DNA of 29,279 nt, from positions 1-29,279 of the forward strand of contig CAYVZW010000001.1 in the NCBI GenBank assembly GCA_964456325.1, given 5' to 3'. The stretch's first letter is position 1; each line of letters begins with the position of its first letter. Positions 17,150 through 25,703 of the stretch are shown one piece after another. The DNA comes from an uncultured Clostridium sp. GTDB lineage: Bacteria; Bacillota_I; Bacilli_A; RF39; UBA660. A model generated the notes under the pieces. The model made no database searches and was not told where the DNA came from. It was given only the letters and a program-made list of their open reading frames with translations. The position numbers were made by a program, and so were the translations under genes.

Positions 17150-18205
17150 ATGAATTTTATTATTACATTATTATTGTTACTAATTATTTTAAGTGTGATT
17201 ATTTTTATACATGAATTTGGACATTTTATAACAGCAAAGAAATGTGGTGTTTATGTAGATGAATTTTCTTTAGGTATGGGTCCAGTTATTTGGAAACATA
17301 AACCTAAAAAGAGTGAAACTACATATTCCCTAAGGGCATTTCCAATTGGTGGATTTGTTTCAATGGCTGAAAAGCAATCGCCAGAAATTAAATTAAAGAA
17401 GAATCAAGTACTTGAAAACAAAAGTTTTATTCAAAAATTATGTGTTTTATTAATGGGAATAGTAATGAATTTCGTACTTGCTATTGTACTATTCTTTATT
17501 AGTGGATTATTTTATGGAAGACCAACAAGTGATTCAATAATTGGTGCTGTTTTAGATAGTTCACCCGCTCAAAATGCTGGTATAGAAGTTGGAGACAAAG
17601 TATTATCAATTAATGGAACTAAAACAAGTAGTTGGGATGATATAATACTTGAAATATCTGATAAAAAATTAGAAAAAACATACACATTTGTTGTTGAGAA
17701 GAGCAGTGGTGATACTGCTACATATAATGTTGTTCCATTAGTTGAAGAAACCGAAAATGGAGAAAAAAGGACATTTGGTATTGGATCAAATGTTACTAAA
17801 TATGAAAAAGGATTTGTAAATGCATTAAAATATGGAATAGAAGGATTCATTAGTAATTTAAACACTATATTTAAAGTAATAGGTTCATTATTTACAGGTA
17901 AAGTTTCTTTAGATTCATTAAGTGGTCCTGTTGGAATATATTCAATTGTTGATACACTAAAATCATCCGGATTACAAGCAATACTGTATTTAACAGCATA
18001 CTTAAGTATAAATGTTGGAGTAATAAACTTAATTCCAATTCCTGTATTTGATGGTGGTAGAGTATTATTAGTAATAATAGAAGCAATAACAAAAAAGAAA
18101 ACAAGTGATAAAACTGAAGCAATAATTAATTATGTTGGATTTGGATTAATGATATTATTAATGCTTTATGTAACATTTAATGATATAATAAGACTCATCA
18201 GGTGA
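17150..18205 (+). CDS. rseP: RIP metalloprotease RseP/RasP (M50, PDZ domain)
   Basis: HEFGH, FSLGMGP, SPAQNAGIEVGD PDZ segment, NLIPIPVFDGG. Confidence 0.96.
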   Translation: MNFIITLLLLLIILSVIIFIHEFGHFITAKKCGVYVDEFSLGMGPVIWKHKPKKSETTYSLRAFPIGGFVSMAEKQSPEIKLKKNQVLENKSFIQKLCVLLMGIVMNFVLAIVLFFISGLFYGRPTSDSIIGAVLDSSPAQNAGIEVGDKVLSINGTKTSSWDDIILEISDKKLEKTYTFVVEKSSGDTATYNVVPLVEETENGEKRTFGIGSNVTKYEKGFVNALKYGIEGFISNLNTIFKVIGSLFTGKVSLDSLSGPVGIYSIVDTLKSSGLQAILYLTAYLSINVGVINLIPIPVFDGGRVLLVIIEAITKKKTSDKTEAIINYVGFGLMILLMLYVTFNDIIRLIR

Positions 18206-18209
18206 TTTT

Positions 18210-18581
18210 GTGGAAAACAGTTTTTTAAAGAATAAAATAATAATTAAATATTGTAAGGATTATTATAGAATAATAAATGAAAGATTTAGTGAACTGGATT
18301 ATATGAGTGATAAAGTTATACAAGTATATCAATCATTTATATTTTCTGTTGACCCTAGAAATAAACTTGAATTAAAGCGTGCAGTTGCATTAAATAATGC
18401 GATTGTAAAGTATTTTGATGACGTTGAATTTAAGAGTGAATTATCTTCTTCTCTAAAAGCATTAAAAGTACCTAAGGGAACTAAAGATATATTATTATAT
18501 ATAGTAAATACTGTATTAGAAAGATATAGTAGATATATGGAAGGATATACAAGAAATTTATATATACCAAAATGGATTTAG
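18210..18581 (+). CDS. Hypothetical protein
   Basis: GTG start after AGGTGA; tight spacing with neighbours; no family recognised. Confidence 0.7.
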   Translation: MENSFLKNKIIIKYCKDYYRIINERFSELDYMSDKVIQVYQSFIFSVDPRNKLELKRAVALNNAIVKYFDDVEFKSELSSSLKALKVPKGTKDILLYIVNTVLERYSRYMEGYTRNLYIPKWI

Positions 18582-18585
18582 AAGT

Positions 18586-19074
18586 ATGAAAAAATTATTA
18601 AAAGAATATTATGACATTTATAATGAATTTTATAGTGTTAATAAATATAGAGAAATGAAAACAATAATACATCATGGAAATAATAGATTAGCACATATTA
18701 ATAGAGTTGCTAAAATGAGTTTTTACTTATCTAAAAAGTTACATTTAGATTATATTTCATGTACAAGAGGAGCAATGCTACATGATTTCTTTATCAAAGA
18801 AGATATTAATAAGAAACAATATAAGAATTTTTTAGAAAATCATCCTATTATAGCTCTTCAAAACTCAAAAGAATACTTTGATGTAAATGAAGTAGAAGAA
18901 GATATTATTAAAACACATATGTTTCCTCTTACACATATAAAACCATTATATAATGAATCAAAAGTAGTTTGTTTTTCAGATAAAATAGTAAGTATATATG
19001 AGTTTTTAAGATATGAAGTAAGACTTACAACAGATATATTAATAATATTTATTATAAATACCTTGTCCTTGTAG
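18586..19074 (+). CDS. HD-domain phosphohydrolase
   Basis: HHG..RLAH..RVA, RGAMLHDFF, HP, HMFP, SDK; stop codon lies inside the tRNA. Confidence 0.88.
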   Translation: MKKLLKEYYDIYNEFYSVNKYREMKTIIHHGNNRLAHINRVAKMSFYLSKKLHLDYISCTRGAMLHDFFIKEDINKKQYKNFLENHPIIALQNSKEYFDVNEVEEDIIKTHMFPLTHIKPLYNESKVVCFSDKIVSIYEFLRYEVRLTTDILIIFIINTLSL

Positions 19075-19141
19075 CTCAGCTGAATAGAGCACCTCCCTCC
19101 TAAGGAGGTTGTCGGAGGTTTGAATCCTCTCAGGGACGCCA
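19065..19141 (+). tRNA. tRNA-Arg (anticodon CCT, reads AGG), CCA encoded
   Basis: Acceptor GTCCTTG/CAGGGAC, D arm GCTC/GAGC, anticodon arm CCTCC-CTCCTAA-GGAGG, T arm GGAGG-TTTGAAT-CCTCT, G73, CCA. Confidence 0.97.
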
Positions 19142-19150
19142 CTAAAAAAT

Positions 19151-19173
19151 AACTCACTTTATAGTGAGTTTTT
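19151..19173 (+). terminator. Intrinsic terminator after tRNA
   Basis: AACTCACT-TTAT-AGTGAGTT then TTT. Confidence 0.85.
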
Positions 19174-19297
19174 AATAGAATAATATTTTAGATGAATTAA
19201 TAAATTTATGATAAAATAGTATTGTTAATATTTAAAAAGAATATTAATAAGGTATAAGCATTAAATAATGTATACAAACAAATCAATCGGAGGGAAA

Positions 19298-19663
19298 ATG
19301 AAGAATTTAATAAATAATATTTTAGAACATCGAACAGAATCAAATAAAGACTATATTGATTATTTGGTTGATATAATAAAAGATAATGAAATCAATACAA
19401 TTGATGAACTAGATAAATATGAGAGTATCAATGATATAGATAGAAAACTATTGAATGCTTACAATGTAGTTAAAAAAGATTTATACAAATATGATTCACT
19501 TAATTATGCTGAATCACTTGAATTAGGTAAATTAATGGATGAATATTTAAATTATGATACTAATGAAAAGATTAAAAGTGTAATAAAAATGTATAAAATA
19601 TTATCATTAGAACCGATATTCTATAAGGAAAGTTATAATCTAATAATTAACAATCAGTTGTAG
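19298..19663 (+). CDS. Hypothetical alpha-helical protein
   Basis: ATG 19298 after GGAGGG; no family recognised. Confidence 0.7.
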   Translation: MKNLINNILEHRTESNKDYIDYLVDIIKDNEINTIDELDKYESINDIDRKLLNAYNVVKKDLYKYDSLNYAESLELGKLMDEYLNYDTNEKIKSVIKMYKILSLEPIFYKESYNLIINNQL

Positions 19664-19702
19664 TGTATTACATAATTGTTAGTTTATTTCATAGTATTAG
19701 AG

Positions 19703-19711
19703 TGGTATACT
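19703..19711 (+). promoter_or_regulatory. Extended -10 element
   Basis: TGGTATACT 19 bp upstream of the ATG at 19730. Confidence 0.5.
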
Positions 19712-19729
19712 TAATAAGTCGAGATAAAT

Positions 19730-20767
19730 ATGAATAAAGAAATTAATAAAACTAAAATTAGATTTGACTTTATATTTTTCATTATATTAATAGTGGTTAC
19801 ATTCTACATATTATTTAATGGAAAAGATTTAAATAAAATACTTTCTATAATACATACTGTACATTTTAGGTATATTGTAGTTGGTTTTTTATGTATGTGT
19901 TTATACATGGTATTTGAAGCAATTAATATAAAATACATAATGTCTATTTTAAATAGTAAAATAACGTTCTTGAATTCAATTAAATATACACTAATAGGGT
20001 TCTTTTATAGTGCAATAACACCTGGAAGTAGTGGTGGACAACCAATGGAAGCATATCACATGAATAAAGATAAATTACCTTTATCAAACTCATTATTAAC
20101 ATTATTAATAAATATAAGTAGTTATCAAATAGTGATGATAACATTATCAATAGTTGGATTCATTTATAATTATTCTTATATTGCAAGTCATCCGTTAATA
20201 AAATATATGTATTTAGTGGGAGTAATTCTAAATGGTTCATTATTAACTATATATTTCATATTAATATTTTCAAAGAAATTATATATTAAAATTATTAGAT
20301 TTGTAATAAACATTCTTAGCTTCTTTAAAATTAAAAACATAGATAAAAGAAAAGAAAAATTAGAATCAAGTATTAATGAATATAGAGATGGAGTTAAATA
20401 TTTAAAAAATAATAATAAAATGATTTATAGAGTACTTTTTACTACATTACTTCAAATATTATCATTCTATAGCATTTCATTCTTTATATATAAATCATTT
20501 GGATTAAGTTCATATAATATTATTAGTTTTCTTACTTTACAATCAATTCTATATGTATCAGTTTCTGCTTTACCATTACCTGGTTCAGTTGGTGTTAGTG
20601 AAAGTGGATATATGATTTTATATAAAAAAATATATTCTGATAAATTAGTTAATAGTGCAATGCTTTTAAATAGAGGAATAAGTTTCTATTTATTTGTTAT
20701 GATAAGTGGATTAACAGTTTTAGGAGTATCTATTTACAATAAGTATAAACATACTACTAAAGATTAG
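19730..20767 (+). CDS. Lysylphosphatidylglycerol synthase TM / UPF0104 flippase-like membrane protein
   Basis: Multi-TM; FYSAITPGSSGGQP, LPLPGSVGVSE, MLLNRGISFY. Confidence 0.88.
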   Translation: MNKEINKTKIRFDFIFFIILIVVTFYILFNGKDLNKILSIIHTVHFRYIVVGFLCMCLYMVFEAINIKYIMSILNSKITFLNSIKYTLIGFFYSAITPGSSGGQPMEAYHMNKDKLPLSNSLLTLLINISSYQIVMITLSIVGFIYNYSYIASHPLIKYMYLVGVILNGSLLTIYFILIFSKKLYIKIIRFVINILSFFKIKNIDKRKEKLESSINEYRDGVKYLKNNNKMIYRVLFTTLLQILSFYSISFFIYKSFGLSSYNIISFLTLQSILYVSVSALPLPGSVGVSESGYMILYKKIYSDKLVNSAMLLNRGISFYLFVMISGLTVLGVSIYNKYKHTTKD

Positions 20768-20790
20768 AATTATTTGGTATAATTATTATT

Positions 20791-23334
20791 ATGAAAAAGA
20801 ATAGGGTATTTAATAAAAATGATTTAATTAATATATTAGTATTAACATTTATATTTATAGTTATTATTGTTTTAACATTAAGAAATGAATTGATTTGGGG
20901 TTCAGAGTTAGACTGGATAGATCAGCATTCAGTTATTCCAGAATACTTTAGAACATTATTTTATGATACACATAATTTATTACCTAATTTAGCATTGAAC
21001 TTAGGGTCAGGACAAAATATTTACAACTTTGCTTATTATGGGCTTTTAAATCCAATAATAATGTTATCTTACTTATTGCCATTTATAAGTATGAGAGATT
21101 ATGTAATATATTCAACTATTTTGCTTGTATATTCATCTGTAATTTTATTTTATTACTTTTTAAGAAGTAATAAATATAATGAAAAAGTTTCTTTCTTGAC
21201 TGCATTATCATTTTTAACAGCTAGTCCATTATTATTTCACTCACATAGACATATTATGTTTATAAATTATATGCCATTTTTAATACTTGCTTTAATTGGA
21301 GTTGATAAATACTTTGAAAAAGATAATAAAATCTTATTAATATTTTCAATACTAATGATAATATTAATGAGTTTCTACTACAGCATTTCATCAATAATTT
21401 GTATTGTTGTATATGGAATATATAAGTATCTTAGTATCAATAAGAAGATTACATTTAAATCATTTATGAAAGACGGTTTTAAATTTATATTACCAATATT
21501 TATCGCAGTACTTATTTCTTCAGTACTTATACTTCCGGAAATGTATGCTATATATGCTGGAAGAATGGGCATAAGTGTCAAACTCACTATATTTGATTTA
21601 TTAATTCCTAATATAAATATTACATATTTACTATATAATCCATATGGAGTGGGATTAACATGCATTTCAGTAGTGGCATTAGTATCATTATTCTTTAATA
21701 AGAAAAAAGAAAATAGATTTTTATTTACTATTTTAACATTATTAATAATATTTCCAATATTCATTTATGTTATAAATGGATTTATGTATGCTGATTCAAA
21801 AGCATTGATACCATTTTTACCTTTATACTCACTAGTAATATCAATATTTATTGATAACTATTTCAAAAATAAAATAGAAATTAATAAAGTGGTAATAATA
21901 ACAATTATTATTGCAATTCTTTGCTATATTTTAAAAACATATAAAAGTGTATATTTATTTTATGAAATAGCTTTAACACTTATAGTAATATTTATAACAT
22001 ATAAAAGGAAATATCATGAAGTATTCTATATTTATTTAACTATAATATTTGTATTATTTTCATTAATTGCGAATAGTTATGATAAATTAATTAGTAAAGA
22101 TGATAATATTTATACAAATGATATAAAAGAAAAAGAATTAATAGATAATATAACCAATAATGATAAAGGTATGTATAGAATAACAACCCTAGTGGATAAA
22201 AAACATACTTCAAATTCAGTATTTAGTAATATAGATATGTATCAAGATACAATATATTCATCAATATATGATGCTGGATATAATAAATTCTATTATGATG
22301 TTTTTAATAATCCAATACAATCAAGAAATAGAATACTTACAACACCAAGTGATAACATACTATTTTTAATGTTTATGGGAAACAAGTATTTATTAAGTGA
22401 GGAAGAATTAATTGGTTATACAGAGTATGAAAAAAATGATTCTATTACTTCCTATGTAAATGAAGATGTGCTTCCATTTATGTATGTCACTAATAATACA
22501 TTCAGTGAAAGTGAATTTAATAATTTATCATTTCCATATTCAAATGAAGTATTATTAAACTATGTTGTTACAAATGATGGAAAAAGTACTAAAAGTAGAA
22601 CAAATATTCATGAATTTGAAGTATCAAAAGCTGTATTTAAAAATGTTACAGTGACTAAAAACATTGAAGGTTACACATTAAGCGCTAAAGAAAATGCTAC
22701 AATAAATATTGATATAGATGAAAAAGCAAAAAATAAAATAATACTAATTAAATTTGATATGGATTTAAAACAAAGTTGTAGAAAAGGTGATCAAGCAATT
22801 ATAATAAATGGTCAAATAAACAAACTAACTTGCAAAGAATGGAAGTATTATAATTCAAATACAGTGTTTACTTATGTATTATCAAACGCTAATATTAATT
22901 CATTAAACATTGAACTCTTTGAAGGCAACTATGTAATAAGTGACATTAAACTATATTATTTGGATTATGATGACATTAAGAATATAAATGATAAAGTAAC
23001 TGAAGTAATTATAGATAAAGACAAAACTAAGGGAGACTATATTTATGGAACAATAAATGTAGAAGAGAATGATTCATATTTAGTAACATCAATTCCATAT
23101 CAAAAAGGTTTTATAATATATGTTGATGGAAAAGAAGTGACATATGAAAAAGTAAATACAAGTTTTATTGGATTTAAAATAGATGAAGGAATGCATAATA
23201 TTGTATTTAAGTATACTTCACCATTGAAAAAAGAAGGAATAGCCCTTTCAATAGTTGGTTTAATTGGTTTAATAATAATTATAATAAGAAGTAGGAGTAG
23301 TAAAAATGAAAGAAAATATAGAACTATTAAATAG
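20791..23334 (+). CDS. YfhO family GT-C membrane glycosyltransferase
   Basis: D...QH, LG.G.N....FAYYGLLNP, many TMs, large extracellular loop, C-terminal SIPYQKGF..YVDG, IDEG.H.I.F.Y and last TM. Confidence 0.9.
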   Translation: MKKNRVFNKNDLINILVLTFIFIVIIVLTLRNELIWGSELDWIDQHSVIPEYFRTLFYDTHNLLPNLALNLGSGQNIYNFAYYGLLNPIIMLSYLLPFISMRDYVIYSTILLVYSSVILFYYFLRSNKYNEKVSFLTALSFLTASPLLFHSHRHIMFINYMPFLILALIGVDKYFEKDNKILLIFSILMIILMSFYYSISSIICIVVYGIYKYLSINKKITFKSFMKDGFKFILPIFIAVLISSVLILPEMYAIYAGRMGISVKLTIFDLLIPNINITYLLYNPYGVGLTCISVVALVSLFFNKKKENRFLFTILTLLIIFPIFIYVINGFMYADSKALIPFLPLYSLVISIFIDNYFKNKIEINKVVIITIIIAILCYILKTYKSVYLFYEIALTLIVIFITYKRKYHEVFYIYLTIIFVLFSLIANSYDKLISKDDNIYTNDIKEKELIDNITNNDKGMYRITTLVDKKHTSNSVFSNIDMYQDTIYSSIYDAGYNKFYYDVFNNPIQSRNRILTTPSDNILFLMFMGNKYLLSEEELIGYTEYEKNDSITSYVNEDVLPFMYVTNNTFSESEFNNLSFPYSNEVLLNYVVTNDGKSTKSRTNIHEFEVSKAVFKNVTVTKNIEGYTLSAKENATINIDIDEKAKNKIILIKFDMDLKQSCRKGDQAIIINGQINKLTCKEWKYYNSNTVFTYVLSNANINSLNIELFEGNYVISDIKLYYLDYDDIKNINDKVTEVIIDKDKTKGDYIYGTINVEENDSYLVTSIPYQKGFIIYVDGKEVTYEKVNTSFIGFKIDEGMHNIVFKYTSPLKKEGIALSIVGLIGLIIIIIRSRSSKNERKYRTIK

Positions 23335-24217
23335 CAGAGTAATTGATGCATTAGATAATACATCAACCAATAAAATAAATGACTTACTTGAAAGCATAGA
23401 TTCACCATTAATAATAACGGGAGTAGGTGGTTTAAAAGTGGTAAGTGACTTTGCAAGTAAAGTTATTTCGAAAGAAAATAGAATATTATCTATTAGTAAA
23501 GAACCAAGAAGTATGTTATATGAAGATACAAGTTTCTTTAAAAATGTTCTTTGTTGTAGCTATAGTGGTAATAATTTAGGAGTGGATGCTTCATTTAAAA
23601 ATGACTTAAATAAATATTTACTTTCAAATAATGAATCAAATAGACAAGATGTAGTAAATGTTACTTATAATACTACTATGCCAACAGAAAGAAGCTTTAT
23701 ATCATTAGCGGGAACATTAATACCAATGGCAATATTATTAAGATACTATACAAAAAAGGGAGATTTTGTAAAAGACTTATTAAAAGAATATAGTTATGAA
23801 ATACATAGTAAAGACACTGATATTTATGAAATAATGTCAGGCTCAGATACTTCAGTGACATCATCATTTTTAGAGTCAACACTTACTGAAAGTGGTATTG
23901 CTGTTCCAATAGTTCATGATAAATATTCTTATTGCCATGGAAGAAGTACATTGAGTAAAGGAAGAGATTCTTCATTAATATTCATTGACTCAGGAAGTGA
24001 ATTAGATAAGTTATTACTACAAGAAATAGATGGACTATATAAAGAAGTATTTGAATTAAAACAAACATGCGGAGATGAAGTGATTAACGAATTTATAAAT
24101 GTATTAAAATCTGTATATATCTCTTATGCATTAGCGAAAACAAAGAACAAAGACTTGTCAAAAGTAGATTATCAAAGAGTAGTAAAGAAACTATATAAAT
24201 ATAATGGAAGTATGTAA
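23306..24217 (+). CDS. Tandem SIS-domain (sugar isomerase-like) protein
   Basis: IITGVGG, CCSYSGNN phosphosugar-binding-like loop, E..F..., second half ESTLTESG...YCHGR; 29-nt overlap with YfhO gene. Confidence 0.65.
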   Translation: MKENIELLNSRVIDALDNTSTNKINDLLESIDSPLIITGVGGLKVVSDFASKVISKENRILSISKEPRSMLYEDTSFFKNVLCCSYSGNNLGVDASFKNDLNKYLLSNNESNRQDVVNVTYNTTMPTERSFISLAGTLIPMAILLRYYTKKGDFVKDLLKEYSYEIHSKDTDIYEIMSGSDTSVTSSFLESTLTESGIAVPIVHDKYSYCHGRSTLSKGRDSSLIFIDSGSELDKLLLQEIDGLYKEVFELKQTCGDEVINEFINVLKSVYISYALAKTKNKDLSKVDYQRVVKKLYKYNGSM

Positions 24218-24221
24218 AACA

Positions 24222-24299
24222 GGAATTTTGTGATAAAAACACAAAAAAACTGTGAAAAAATGTGAAGATATTGCTTGAGAATATCGGAATTTTGTGATA
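24222..24299 (+). repeat. 14-bp direct repeat GGAATTTTGTGATA x2 and four TGTGA motifs
   Basis: Copies at 24222-24235 and 24286-24299; TGTGA at 24229, 24251, 24261, 24293. Confidence 0.85.
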
Positions 24300-24303
24300 T
24301 TAT
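24275..24303 (+). promoter_or_regulatory. SigA-type promoter with overlapping inverted repeat
   Basis: TTGAGA-17 bp-TATTAT with TGn; GATATT-N7-AATATC at 24267-24285 straddles the -35. Confidence 0.65.
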
Positions 24304-24322
24304 TGTTATGGGAGAAATAAAT

Positions 24323-25657
24323 ATGAAGAGATTAAAAAGAAAAATTGATGATTATCTAATTAAATGGAAGAAGGAAACCAATAGGCTACCATTAATAGTA
24401 AAAGGAGCAAGACAAATTGGAAAAACTGAATCAATAAGACATTTTGCCAAAAATAATTATAAAAATGTTGTAGAAATTAATTTCGTATTACAAAAACAGT
24501 TTAAAGTAATTTTTGATGAAGGATATGATGTTGATACAATTATCAAAAACATTTCTTTAATAAATCCAAACTTAGAATTTATTCCACATGATACATTATT
24601 ATTTTTTGATGAACTTCAAGATTGTATAAATTGCGCCACATCATTAAAATCGTTTAAAGAAGACGGAAGATATGATGTGATATGTTCAGGGTCATTAATG
24701 GGAATTAATTATAAAGAAATAGAATCAAATAGCGTTGGAAATAAAGAAGACTATGAAATGTATTCATTAGATTTCGAAGAATTTCTATGGGCTAAAGGGT
24801 ACAAAAAAAATCAAATAGAAGACTTATATAAGCATATGAAAGATTTAAAACCATTTTCAGAATTAGAATTAAATACTATGTTTTCTAATTTCAAAGAGTA
24901 TATGATAGTTGGAGGTATGCCAGCCATTGTTTATACTTTTATAACAAATAACAATTATAGTGGGACACTGAAGATGCAAAGACAAATACTATTAGATTAT
25001 GAAGAAGATATTACAAAATATGCTGAAGGATTGGATCAAGGAAAAATATTAAGTGTTTATAGGAAAGTACCTATATTCCTTGGAAATGAAAATAAAAAAT
25101 TCCAAATATCTAAAATAAGTGAAAGTGCAAGAAACAGAGAATATGTAGGAACTATTGATTGGCTTAAAAATGCGGGGATTATTAATGTTTGTTATTCATT
25201 AGAAAAAGCAGAATTACCATTAAAAGGAAACTATAATCCGGATAATTATAGAGTTTATTTTGGGGATACTGGTTTACTTATTGGGAGTTTAGATGATGAA
25301 GTTCAGGAAGACTTAAGAAATAATCAAAATTTTAATACGTATAAAGGAGCTATATATGAAAATATAGTAGCGGACATGTTAATTAAATCAGGGTATTCTT
25401 TGTTTTTTTACAAAAACGAAAAAAGTACTATAGAAATGGATTTCATTGTTAGAGACAAGAATAGTTTAATTCCCGTTGAAGTAAAAGCGATTGATGGAAG
25501 TACAGCATCTCTTAATAAACTGATAAGCAGTGAAAAATATAAAGATATAAAATATGGAATTAAACTTGGATATAAAAATATTGGCTTTAATGATAAGTTT
25601 TATACATTTCCTTATTTCTTAACATTCCTATTAAAAAGATATTTAAAAGAAAAATAG
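24323..25657 (+). CDS. AAA+ ATPase with C-terminal DUF4143 (PD-(D/E)xK-like) domain
   Basis: GARQIGKT, FFDELQ, CSGS, VGGMP, GAIYEN, EMDFIV...PVEVK; start moved to ATG 24323 after GGAG. Confidence 0.92.
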   Translation: MKRLKRKIDDYLIKWKKETNRLPLIVKGARQIGKTESIRHFAKNNYKNVVEINFVLQKQFKVIFDEGYDVDTIIKNISLINPNLEFIPHDTLLFFDELQDCINCATSLKSFKEDGRYDVICSGSLMGINYKEIESNSVGNKEDYEMYSLDFEEFLWAKGYKKNQIEDLYKHMKDLKPFSELELNTMFSNFKEYMIVGGMPAIVYTFITNNNYSGTLKMQRQILLDYEEDITKYAEGLDQGKILSVYRKVPIFLGNENKKFQISKISESARNREYVGTIDWLKNAGIINVCYSLEKAELPLKGNYNPDNYRVYFGDTGLLIGSLDDEVQEDLRNNQNFNTYKGAIYENIVADMLIKSGYSLFFYKNEKSTIEMDFIVRDKNSLIPVEVKAIDGSTASLNKLISSEKYKDIKYGIKLGYKNIGFNDKFYTFPYFLTFLLKRYLKEK

Positions 25658-25682
25658 AAGTTAACAATGTTAATTTCTTTTT
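25656..25682 (+). terminator. Probable intrinsic terminator
   Basis: AGAAGTTAAC-AAT-GTTAATTTCT then TTTT. Confidence 0.65.
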
Positions 25683-25703
25683 AATTGTGATAAAATAAGT
25701 TGT

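Noticed and set aside
18858-19157. 99-aa - strand ORF
   Set aside because: Reverse complement of the tRNA and HD gene.
24222-24299. CRISPR array
   Set aside because: Only two 14-bp copies and no cas genes.
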